From: Octopus bimaculoides
Taxonomy: Eukaryota
NCBI RefSeq assembly: GCF_001194135.2
Contig: NC_068985.1
Location: 79,233,248 to 79,294,788 of the forward strand
Length of the DNA stretch: 61,541 bases
Reading direction: 5' to 3'
A program made the position numbers and the translations under genes. The stretch's first letter is position 1. The number at the start of each line of letters is the position of its first letter. The notes beneath the pieces are model-generated. The model ran no database searches. It saw only the letters and a program-made list of their open reading frames with translations, and had not been told where the DNA came from. Positions 37,210 to 48,861 of this stretch are shown piece by piece.

Positions 37210-39245
37210 AGATCGTCAAAATTTTATAAATTAACATCTGGTTTGATTTATGGCTGACATCAAAATATTACGAATTAAGGTCTGATCTGTTTCATGGTAA
37301 CGACGTCAAAACTCTGTGAATTGAAATCTGGTCTGTTTGATGGCTACGACGTCAAAATTATGTGAATTCAGGTCAGGTCTGTTTGATGGCTCCAACGTGA
37401 AACTTTTATGAATTGAGATCTGATCTGTTTGAATAAGAAGATTTCAACATTTTCTGAATGAAGATATGGTCTGTTTCAATGGTATGACACCAAAATTTTA
37501 TGTATTTAGACATGTCAGTGTTTGCATGATACGACATCAAAATTTTATGAATTAAGATCTGGTCTGTTTGAATGCTATGACGTTAAAATTTTATGAAGTA
37601 AACTCTCGTCTGTTTGAATGATACAAGGTCAAAATTTTATGAATTGATATCTGGTCTGTTTGAATGATACGGGATCAACATTGTATGCATTAAGATCGGG
37701 TTTGTTTCAATGATAGGGCGTTAAAATTTTATGAAGTAAACTCTCGTTTGTTTGAATGATAGGAGCTCAAAATTTTATGAATTGACATCTGGTCTGTTTG
37801 AAAGATACGATATCAAAATTTTATACATTAAGATCGGGTCTGTTTGAATGATATGGCGTCAAAATTTTAAGCATTGACATCTGGTCTGTTTGAATGATAC
37901 GACGTGAAAACTTTATGAATTGAGATCTACTTTATGAATTGAAATCTGGTCTACTTAAATGCTACAACGTCAAAATTTTATATATTAAGATAAGTTTGTT
38001 TGATAGCTACGAGGCCCAAATTTTATGAATTGAGGTCTGGTCTGTTTGATGACTGCAACGTCAAATTGTTATGGATTGAGATCAAGTCTATTAGATGGCT
38101 ACAACCTCAAAATATTATGAAGTGAGAACAGGCGAGTTTGATGGATGACGTCAGAATTTTATGAATTGAGATCAGGTTAGATTGAAGGCTATGGATTCAA
38201 AATCTAATGCATTGAGATCAGGTCTGTTTGATGGCTACGAAGTCAAAATTATATGAACTGAGTACATTATTTACATTATTTTATGAATTAGGATCAGGTT
38301 TGTTTGATGACTACGACGACAAAATTTTATGAATTGATAGCAGGTCAGTTTGAAGGCTACGGTTTCAAAATTGTATGTATCGAGATCAGCTCTGCATAAT
38401 GGCTACATCACAATTATATGAACTGAGAACTGGTCTGTTGGATGGCTGTGACGTCAAAATTTTATGTATTGAGATCAGGTCCCTTTGATGGCTACGACGT
38501 GAAAATTTTATGAATTGAAGTCTGGTCTGCTTGATGGCTACGACGACAGAATTATATGAATTGAGATCTGTTTGATTGTTCTGTCGACAAAATTTTATAG
38601 AATAAGATCAGGTGTGTGTGATGGATGATGTCAAAAGTTTATGAAATGTGATGAGGTGTGTGTGATGACTACGATGTCAAAATTGTACAAATTGATATTT
38701 AATTTGTTTCATGGCTACGACATCAAAATTTTATGAACTAAAATCAGCTACATTTGATGTCAACGGCCACAAAATTTTATGAATTGAAATCTGGTCTGTT
38801 TGATGGCTGCTATGTCAGAATATTATGAATTGACATCAGGTCTGTTTGAATGTTACAACAGTACAGTTTTATGAATTAAGATTTGGTCCGCTGAATGCTA
38901 CAGCGTCAAACTTTATGAATAAGATCAGGTCTGTTTGAATGATACGATGTTAAAATTTTATGCCTTGAGACCAGGTCAGTTTGATAGCTACGAGGCCAAA
39001 ATTTTATGAATTGAGTTCTGAGCTGTTTGATGACTGCAACGTCAAATTGTTATGAATTGAGATCAAGTCTATTCGATGGCTACGACGTCAATATTTTATG
39101 AAGTGATATCAGGCGAGTTTGATGGATGACGTCAGAATTTTATGAATTGAGATCAGGTTAGATTGAAGGCTATGGATTCAAAATTTAATGCATTGAGATC
39201 ATGTACGTTTGATGGCTACGAAGTCAAAATTATATGAATTGAGTA
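37210..39245. repeat. 46-bp satellite/minisatellite array, ~44 diverged units
   Basis: Approximate consensus gtcaaaattttatgaattgagatctggtctgtttgatggctacgac; period counted as 46 nt in several units. Confidence 0.95.
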
Positions 39246-39300
39246 CATTATTTACATTATTTACGTTTCACTGATATTTGTCCTCATCTTGTTTGTTGTT

Positions 39301-39346
39301 AACACAACGTTTCGGCTGATATACCCTCCAGCCTTCATCAGGTGTC
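39301..39346 (-). ncRNA. Minimal type I hammerhead ribozyme
   Basis: Minus strand GACAC-CUGAUGA-A-GGCUG-gagggtatat-CAGCC-GAAAC-GUU-GUGUU: stem I GACAC/GUGUU, stem II GGCUG/CAGCC, intact core, palindromic AACGUU stem III, GUU cleavage triplet. Confidence 0.85.
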
Positions 39347-39434
39347 TCGGGGAAATTTCGAACCTGGTTCTCATTCCTAAGGTATTTTTCGATGTTGTTA
39401 TTACTATTATTATTAGTATTATTATTAGTATTCT

Positions 39435-39505
39435 TCAAGTCACTACTTGGAATTGAACTGGGAGTCTTGGGGTTAGTAGCCCGCGCTCTTAACCACTACC
39501 TCATA
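39435..39505 (-). promoter_or_regulatory. tRNA-like internal Pol III promoter within the PLE 3' unit
   Basis: A box TAGTGGTTAAG (39498-39488) and B box GTTCAATTCC (39458-39449) on the minus strand with tRNA-like spacing. Confidence 0.65.
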
Positions 39506-40432
39506 TGCCTGTGGGCAATTATGGAGTGAATTTAAGAGCTTATAAAATCTAATATTTTTCTATCCTTCCTTAATACCGGTTCCCATATGCTGCTCATATC
39601 TGCACTTGGTCTGCTTAGGAGGTTGTTGTGTCCCAGCATATGAGCTGCTTCTTTTAGTTTTCGTATTTTCCTGTGATGCTCTCTGTCTATTATTTTAACT
39701 TCATCCCACAGGAGGAGGCGGTCTCCATTTTTCCATACATGATCAGCTATATCCGATTTATCAATATCTCCTCGTGTCACAGCTTTGCGATGTTCGTCTA
39801 TCCTTACTTTGAGGGGGCGGCATGTTTCACTTTTGTATAACCTACCACAGCTGCATGGGATGGAGTACACGCAGTTCTGGGTCATATTCTCTACTATTGG
39901 TGATTTTACTCGAAGGAGATATTTGCGAAGTGTTGTATAACTCTTGAATACTGTCCTGATGTCATATGGGCCGCATATCTTTTGTATCTTTTCGGAGAGG
40001 CCTTTCACATCGGGTACATGTGGACAGTTTATTGGTCTCATCTTCTCTCTTCATAATTGGAAAGGATAGTATACTTTTGGGGTAGTTATTGCTTAACAGA
40101 TCGTTATTGAGCTGGATCATTTCTTCGTGGTGTGTATCACCATCACTACTTATATTTTTTGCACGATGTTTTAGGCACTGAGCAATTCCTCTCTTTACAC
40201 TGTATGGATGGTGGTAATTGAAGTTGAGGTATCGTCCAGTGAAGGTCGGCTTGCGACGGATGTCCTGAATCCATACTTGGTGCGTGTTATTAATACGTCC
40301 AGGAATGCCAGCTGATTGTCTTTTTCCTTTTCCATTGTGAACTGTATGGATGGAAAAGGAAAAACACAATCAGCTGGCATTCCTTGGTGTATTAATAATA
40401 CGCACCCAATATGGATTGAGGACATCCGTATA

Positions 40433-40500
40433 CCGCAAGCCGAACTGAACCCGGAACAATGTGGCTGGGAAGCAAGCTTCTTACCACACAGCCACGCCTA
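40433..40500 (-). mobile_element. SINE family D head
   Basis: Reverse complement aggcgtggctgtgtggtaagaagcttgcttcccagccacattgttccgggttcagtt. Confidence 0.8.
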
Positions 40501-41679
40501 TCGCAGTACTACGGACTGAAAAGAGGGAACACCGGTCCGATGAAGCCGACAGTCGTTAGCTACAGACACATTACGAAAGACAAAGGAATAAATACAATAC
40601 TGTACTTTTAATCAAGCACATTATCCAATCTGAAAGTGTCAAATACCTGTACAATATAAATATATACTATACTACTGTAAATTCAACATTCTACAGTTAA
40701 AATCAAACTTACCATGGATTGTGGAGAGGTGTTCTTGATACGCTGTAATTTTGTCCGCTGTTTCCGAAATCCGTTAAAGGGAGGTCTGTTACCGAGGTAT
40801 AAGTGTGTGTTTGTATATATATAGCTGGCTCGTCAGTTTGATAGACAACGTTCCTCTCCAAGTTGACCATAGGAGAATTTGAACTCAAAAACCTCGAGCT
40901 AACAGAAGGTCCGTCAGTTTTAGATTCCTGCAACTGCTTAGACTAAATGAGCTTCTCCTACCCTGTGGTATCACTTTTTATCTTGCAGTATTGAATTATT
41001 TTTGAGATACAACAAACACAATACGTTGCCATTCTCAGAATACGTACAACCAATCATTTGCTTAGTTATTTGATATCCTAACTACACTTACTTATATATG
41101 TTGTTCATGCTCAGTTTAAAATGTTCAAATAACATATTTTGCTCTTGTTTTATTCCAGTATAATAGAATACACATATATATTCAAAGCATGAACAAGCTT
41201 ACCAACAAAATCTGTTTTTTTGTTTTCAGGAAGTCAAACAATATAAAATGAGGTCTGAGGTAATAGACAGCTCCAGGAAGGATGGAGAAAATAACTCTAG
41301 GACCTAGTATTTATAAACACTCATTTAAATGGATCCCCATCACTTTCGACGATGAATTTTTGCCGTTATCTGATCAAATGAGTTAATGACACTTTGAATT
41401 AGCGTGTAAGTGACTGAGTATTCCACAGACAGGTCTACATTTATAGTAATTATTAGTAATAATCAGCACGATATAATGTGGAGCAATGCTTGAATTTTTA
41501 ATGACAGGGGCGCTCCATCGGACAAACTTTCATTCACTTTGCCTTAACCTAATTTTACGCAGAAAGGCATGTACCATTCCAAGGACGTAGTAAATAGCGT
41601 TTGAACACTGCAAAGTTCTGGGAAAGAATTCAACACATGGATGTGAAGTGAAAGTTTTAATCACTCGATAAAACGACGA

Positions 41680-41810
41680 GTAAGTTGTTCAGTCGTTCTG
41701 AGTTCAAATCCTGCCAAAGCCATCTTTCCCATTCAACTTTTCGGTATCAGTAAATAAGGTGTCAGTCGAAGGTGGCCAATTTGCAAGAACGTTAGAGCGT
41801 AGATCGAAAT
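41680..41810 (+). mobile_element. Degenerate SINE family A fragments
   Basis: cgttctgagttcaaatcctgcc...taaataaggtgtcagtcga. Confidence 0.55.
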
Positions 41811-42431
41811 ACCTTGTGGTATCTTAACCCACCAGTGGCCATGTCATCAATTCCAAACAGACTGGGAGGAAGCATATAGGCAAATAATAACAGACTATAA
41901 AACATGTAAGTCTCCCATCGTTCCAATGCACTCTAATATGGGTACAGGAGCTTTGAAGATCAGGCCATATGGAAATCGAACTTGCACGTCGTTGTTAACA
42001 CTTAATCAGTCTCAGTAGCAAAAAATAATGAGTCTTAGAAACCCTGGAAACATGCTCATCAACGAAGAAACGTTACCGCCGATAGCATTATAAGTGGCCC
42101 ACACACTTCTTAGTCTCGCTACATGATTTGCTTTTATAATCTTAAACGGACTATAGACACAGCTTTCTTGCATATGAGTGCCTACGACAGATAACTTCTA
42201 CGAGTAAAATTGAAATTAGTAATGAAAGCCCACAAACGACTATATGCCGTCATTTAAATCGCTGGTGTTGTTTACATACGCCAGTTTTATCTTACTACAC
42301 GTTATCTTCCCATTACGTTGATAGAACTATCGAAACGTTGATTTCCTGGTGGATTCTTCGGTAACTTCTTATGATACCAATAGCATAAAGCGTTACCTGA
42401 CATACACATACATACATGCATACACACACAC

Positions 42432-42477
<46 letters not shown>

Positions 42478-43553
42478 GTATAATGTTTCTACTACGGCAG
42501 AATATTTCATAGGAAGAAGGTGAAAGAAAGAAGTCATATGCGTATCCGATTAAACCAAACATACGTAATATTATAGAAAAATAATCATTATATAATATCA
42601 ATAATATGCATTATTGAAAAAAATGGTCTGTTAAAATATTATTGTAAATGTATTCTAATTAATTAATTAATTAATTAATGAAATTTAATGTACACAACAC
42701 AAGTTTTACTGAATAATCTGGAATTAAATGTAGGTATATCTACAATGTCTTAAATTATAAACCTAGACGCAAAATGTTAACAATATATATGAATACTTAT
42801 ACTTCACCATGGGCAGAAAAACATATTTAAATTTGATTAAACTTAAATTAAATTAACGATTTGTCGTATAACACAAAATAATCTCCTTTGATTTCGCGGT
42901 CAATGCTTTGAAGGATAAACAAAGCTGTCACTCAACATACATATGTGTACACATATTTTGTATGTTCTTCAATCAAAACCAATACTTTACTTTGGCTTCA
43001 TTTAGTACATATATGTTTATTTATATATGGTTCTTTGAACATACACTGCCTTTGTTTCAATTAATTATGAAGACTTTAGTAAAATAGCGTTGTCATTATT
43101 GAGCTGGTGTTAGGAACATAAATTAACGTGAAATTATGATGAAAGGTTTTAATATACACCACTGTCAAAAAGAAGTTTGTGTCGTAGAACGAGCGGCAGT
43201 TTCAGGCATATTAGCACCAAAATAGTTATAAATGTCCATGAATATGATGATTACCATCTTCTGTTTCATTTGTTGATCATGTGATTCTTTCGATGATTGT
43301 ACACGCCAATCGGTACATGATAAATTTGGTTGCAGACGGAATATATAAATGTTTGTTTGGAGGAGCCAGATCTAACTCTGCTTGTTTGTAATCCTCTTAT
43401 CTGGCTTCTAATAGTACTGAGTGCGTTTCTCTTTTATTTATTTATTTAATTTTTCAAATCCAATGTTGAGGTAGCCAAAGTATTCCTTTGAGCCATTAAG
43501 CCACTTCTCTGAGGCTCCAGCCACAACTTGATCATGGGGTAGTTTCCGTAGAA

Positions 43554-43939
43554 GATTGTTGGCACTCCGTCGCTTACGACGTCGAGGGTTCCAGTTGATC
43601 CGATCAACGGAACAGCCTACTCGGGAAATTAACGTGCAAATGGCTGAGCACTCCACAGACACGTGTACCCTTAACTTAGTTCTCGGGCATATTCAGCGTG
43701 GCACTGTGTGACAAGGCTGACCCTTTGAAATACAGGTACAACAGAAACAGGAAGAAAGAGTGAGAGAAAGTTGTGGTGAAAAAGTACAGCAGGGTTCGCC
43801 ACCATCGCCTGCCGGAGCCTCGTGGAGCATTTAGGTGTTTTCGCTCAATAAACACTCACAACGCCCGGGCTGGGTATCGAAACCGCGATCCTATGACCGC
43901 GTGTCCGCTGACCTAACCCCTGGGCCATTGCGCCTCCAC
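43554..43939 (-). mobile_element. Full-length SINE family B
   Basis: 9-bp TSD tccgtagaa at 43545-43553 and 43940-43948; uninterrupted counterpart of 8879-9453. Confidence 0.95.
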
Positions 43940-44949
43940 TCCGTAGAAAATACTATGGAATAAACATGATTGGCTTACACACTACATGTTACCGTATATT
44001 AGCTAACATTATGAGGCCTTATCGACCGTTTCACGATATTTGTATAGTTCAAGTTTCATATATATATGATACACTAATTTCATATTTGGGGTGAGGACCT
44101 TTACTTCTTTGACGGTTTATATGACTGTGAAGTCTGGTCGTTCCAGAGTACGAAACAGAAATCAATCCAGGTGATATTTAAAACATAATCCTCATCAATA
44201 CTTTGTGAGATATGACAGACGGAAAATATTTCGTACACACATTCACACACAAACAAACACGCTCACGCACAAACACGCACACACACACACACACATACAC
44301 ACAGCCGCACACATATTCACATATATATACTTGTATAGACGCGCGCACACACACGTGCACGCACACGTGCACGCACATAGGTACACACACACACACACAC
44401 ACACACATTACTCACACACACGTACATGAGATTGTTTAGTTTACAAGGGAAAAGTAAAGTATTCATTACACGCGGTAGAGTTTATATTTAATAGGAATCA
44501 GTTGATGTTTTCTCTCCGTTCCTACACAAGGTTTCGTTCCAAGTCAGCTCGTTCAGGCAAAAATGAAGGGAAACTAACAGAGCATCAGTTCCACTGATTC
44601 TCTCAGGTGCAAAACGGTCAGATGGCAGTTTGTATTGTAGTTTTATACAAATATATTATAGCTGTCGTTTCTATCTTCTGCAGTGTCGATGTGAGCACTC
44701 AGAACTGGCATGCACTTATCAAGGTAGTAGTCGTTATTGTTGCTGTTGATGTTGTTGTTGTTGCATAGTCTCAGATCAGTTCTGATCGAGCAACTCAGAT
44801 AGTCGGCCGAATGACGAGCGAAGTGACACACACATCTCTCTTTCTATTTACACCGCGTAGCTGTTTAAGTTTCAGCGATACTGCACGCTCCGATACGCAA
44901 TGGTTGTAGTTGCAGTGTGTCTGTGTGGAAATGTTGCTCTCCCTCAACT

Positions 44950-46620
44950 CTCGAGCTTTATACTTATATGTCTGTAGATTCCAAAGGTTCTTGCAGCGAA
45001 GACGGTCAAGATAGAACCAGCCAAAGTGCGGCATTTGCTGTCCCTGTACCCTTATTGTTAGTGCTATGCATCCAAGTATTTGAGTCTACAACTAAAGCTA
45101 TTGATATTGCGGCAACTTCAGTACATATATGACTCTTGTGTTTTTAGCTTGAGTGAGAGAGATAGTAATTAGTTTGGCAACCTGATTAGTAGTTAGCTAG
45201 CCAGTTTATCGTATTGTTTCATGAACGTTTATTGTGTGAATGGTTTGCAGAGATTGGAGTTGAAAGTTAGGTTGATATTTTGTTTTGTTGATGACGCCAT
45301 TACATATTTCTTGTGTCAGGTTTGAGATCAGTATGGCAGTTGAATACAGTGGTCTGAACCCGTATTGGGATGGTTTGTGGGCTAGTGACGCTAAGAATTG
45401 GTCTTTATAGAATATTTTAGGATATGCATAAGAAGGTGTTGGTTGTGAATTATATCACTTCATCTTGGTTTCTGGGATTTTGTCATCAATTTTTCCAGGT
45501 TCCAGAGTCTGATATTTTGACAAAAATGGTACAAATAGATATTGGGAATGCAGTGATTCCTCAATGGCCTAGGTATTTTAGGTGTATCTATGTGGTTTTG
45601 TCTTGATCCGCATGCTTTTGATATTTTAATTTTCCTGTTGTGTTGGGATTCCTGATATAAGAAAAGAGGCAAAACTGTTGTCTATATGGAAGGTGTTTAT
45701 TCTTCGCGTTATTCTTGCTTTTTCTTTTTCGAGTGGATATTGCAGGCTGATTTTCCAGCAATTCAGCTATGGTTGACTGCTTGATGTTGCAGTGACTGCG
45801 TATTATTTGATATTATTATCCTGACATGGGGTTGTGGTGAAACCATTATTTTGGTGAAACCACTATTTTGTTAGTACTGGTTGTGCTGCTAATTTAATCT
45901 ATATAGTGATTTACTGTATTTTTGGTTCATATTAGACACAAATGCTTGCCAGTTTTCTCATTTTCCAAGGTTTATTTATTTCTTTTTACTTTATTTAGTT
46001 CTTTGATGCTGAATTTATTTCAGTTGTGTATGGTTTTCGGTGTATTGTAATTGATGATGTCTCTGAATTTTATGAGGTTGGTTATTTCTAGTGTGTAATT
46101 GCTGTTGTATTTTTTATGTTACCGTGTGAGATATATTTTTTAGAAGCGCCTATAATTATTTTTGTTGAATGTAAGTACTGCAGTGTCTATGCTGATGATT
46201 GTAACGTTGTTGAATTGTGAAAAAAAATGCTTCTGTTTCTGGGTGTAACTCGTTCTACTGTGCTTTTCTGAAGTTTGTAATTTTTTATTTTTATTTTCAC
46301 CTACTTCATTGATAAACGAATGCGTTGTTGATGATAATTGGTAGGTACTCTGATGAATATTGGGGAATTGTTTACCATGTGGCTGTGGGAGCTACATATG
46401 AAGAGTGGAGGGTGAGGAATGGGTATATCTGATGTATCTGGCTTCGTGAGTTAAATGTGCGTGATAGTGTGAATTGCTGAGGATGTAATTAGTGGAAGTT
46501 TAGGTGCGATGGTGTTATAGCATCACTCTTGCTATCTGTACAATTTGGAAACCAAGAGGTGTTGAGTGCATTCAAGTGTTTCCTTGTAATGTTGTTCGTA
46601 ACAATGTTAATGTGCCTTAG
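44950..46620 (-). mobile_element. Heavily decayed LINE ORF2 (RT-type); clade unresolved
   Basis: Minus 45375-45325 translates LAHKPSQYGFRPLYSTAI (RT Q.GFR...ST motif); strong A/C-rich strand bias over 1.6 kb. Confidence 0.55.
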
Positions 46621-46856
46621 CTGGTGTATAATCTGATGAATTGAGATCTGTGTCTATGTGTATGTGTGTGTGAATGTGTGTGTATTAATGTTTGCTTTTA
46701 TGTCGAGATATCATAATGGAAATTTTACTGAAAGATTACTCAATAATTCTGTAGAGTACATATTTAGTATTCTTTTAGAAGAACAGTTTTGACGGTGATT
46801 TCGATTTTTCGGTCTGCTTAGCCTCCGTCGGACAGTCGACACTGTTCTTGTAACAG

Positions 46857-46894
<38 letters not shown>

Positions 46895-47183
46895 NNNNNN
46901 NNNNNNNNNNNNNNNNNNNNNNNNNNNNNNNNNNNNNNNNNNNNNNNNNNNNNNNNNNNNNNNNNNNNNNNNNNNNNNNNNNNNNNNNNNNNNNNNNNNN
47001 NNNNNNNNNNNNNNNNNNNNNNNNNNNNNNNNNNNNNNNNNNNNNNNNNNNNNNNNNNNNNNNNNNNNNNNNNNNNNNNNNNNNNNNNNNNNNNNNNNNN
47101 NNNNNNNNNNNNNNNNNNNNNNNNNNNNNNNNNNNNNNNNNNNNNNNNNNNNNNNNNNNNNNNNNNNNNNNNNNNNNNNNNNN

Positions 47184-48371
47184 CATCCCATAAGTAGCGA
47201 CCGGACTTCTATATTTTCAATTTGTAAATGCTTTAACAGTATTTTAAAATGTCTAATGGCACAAGTAATATTTATATACATTCGGACATATTTAAACTAA
47301 TTAAATTTCATTTTGCCGGATAATCTCATTGAAATTTCACTAAGTATAGCTCTTCAAACATGGAAGTGCGTAAGAAGATTTGCGCTACATAATAATTTAT
47401 GAGTTTAAAACAGGGAACTCTGCAGCTGAAGCGACTCGAAATATTCCCTCAGCTTACGGAGAAGAGTGCCTGTATGAAAACAACTTATAGAAGATGGTTT
47501 ATAAAATTCAGAAGTGGAGATTTCAGCCTTGAATATGAGACCCGAACAGGACCTCCAATTGAGTTTCATGACAAGCTCCTTTTGGCAAACTTAAAAAAGA
47601 ACATGCAGTTTCAGTTGAAGAATTGGCAAGTAAGCTTTGTTCAAGCCATACAACTGTTCACCGCCATCCATATTCAACGGCTTGTAGAGGTCCCAAACCT
47701 CGGAAAATGGGTGCCTCATGATTTGTCTGAAGCCAACCGCAAATCTAGAGTGGGTATATGGTCTTCTCTTCGTCCTCGTGAACTCATCTCAACCTTTTGG
47801 AACAGACTGGTGATCGGTGATGTCAAATGGGTCTTTTATCAAAATGTTAAGCGTCGTAGACATTAGCTCGGTGAAGGGAAAATGGTCCAACCACAACTGA
47901 AAAGAGAACTCCATGCGAAGAAGGTTTTTCTCTATGTTTGGTGGGATTGCAAAACAGTCATACATTTTGAGTTGCTACTAACCAATGTAGCAATCAGTAC
48001 TCAAATCTAGTGTAAAGGATTACGTCACAGAAAAAAATCGAGGAACTTGGTTGGGAGAAAATTGTTCATCCGCCTTATTCCACAGATCTTGCTCCTTCAG
48101 GTTATCACTTGTTCCGTAGTTTACAGAATCATTTGAATGGATTAACTCTCGAAATAACTGAGGGAGTCGAAACTGACCTTTCAAAGTTCTTCTCTTCGAA
48201 ACCGAAAGAGCTTTTCACTAATGAAATTAAAAAACTTAAAAGTAGATGGAAAGATGTCATAGATAATCATGGAAACTATATTGGCAATTAAGTTTCATTA
48301 AAATGTAAGTAAAATTTTATCACTAGTTTTCTTTATTTAAAATTCAGACATTACTCATGGGATGACCTGAT
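47184..48371 (+). mobile_element. Near full-length mariner transposon (DD34D), inactivated
   Basis: TIR catcccat(a/g)agta at both ends (left end cut by gap). Motifs GKWVPHDL, LVIGDVKWVFY and PYSTDLAPSGYHLFRSLQNHL; related to 16985-18073. Confidence 0.95.
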
Positions 48372-48549
48372 ATACTATAGTTTCTAATACAAGCACCAGT
48401 GAGACACGATTACATGAACTAAAGGATACGCTCATTACCAGGAACTACCCACCATCATTAATTGATTATAGGCATGATGGGTATAATGGGCTTCGTATAT
48501 TTTACCCCAGTGTGACTTTGATGGCATGCACTGCTCTCTCACTCAATGA

Positions 48550-48668
48550 TAATAATAATAATCCATGGATGGAATTTATAATCATTTTAATTCATCGCTA
48601 CGTGAGTTTCTACAAATCACATGTTTCTTAAAATAGTTATAAATTCCATTCATGGATTATTATTATTA
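48550..48668. repeat. Near-perfect 41-bp inverted repeat with 37-nt spacer
   Basis: 48550-48590 versus 48628-48668, 38/41 complementary. Confidence 0.9.
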
Positions 48669-48814
48669 CTATTATTCTTCATTACATCGGCTCAGCTCGG
48701 TACAACCCCATAAAATTGTTATTGCAAGTTGGTATCATTAGGTTGTATGGGGACATAATAAAATCGGAGCTTTTATATGCATACACAAAAACGTTTCTCG
48801 TAAGCGAAATTAAA

Positions 48815-48861
<47 letters not shown>

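Larger units (their letters stand above)
39245..40429 (-). mobile_element. 5'-truncated Penelope-like retroelement (RT C-terminus, GIY-YIG endonuclease, 3' terminal unit)
   Basis: SIQFTMEKEKDNQLAFLDVLITR...RKPTFTGRYLNFNYHHPYSVKRGI (RT) followed by NCVYSIPCSCGRLYKSETCRPLKVRIDEHRK...IADHVW...KIRKLKEA (GIY-YIG); frameshifted. Confidence 0.95.

Noticed and set aside
36612-39245. CRISPR-like or coding interpretation of the 46-bp array
   Set aside because: No unique spacers, units diverge throughout, eukaryotic context, no cas genes, period not a multiple of 3, and many stops.
39532-40041. 169-aa GIY-YIG ORF as an active or domesticated nuclease gene
   Set aside because: It is the frameshifted end of a truncated PLE ORF, and the second motif reads YKSET rather than YIGET/YIGQT.
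41820-42200. Possible decayed RTE-like coding remnant
   Set aside because: No diagnostic motif could be read in any frame.
44684-44723. 40-nt plus-strand segment after a strong acceptor (CRCEHSELACTYQ or VDVSTQNWHALIK)
   Set aside because: Weak donor (gtagta), not frame-preserving, and no supporting neighbouring exons.
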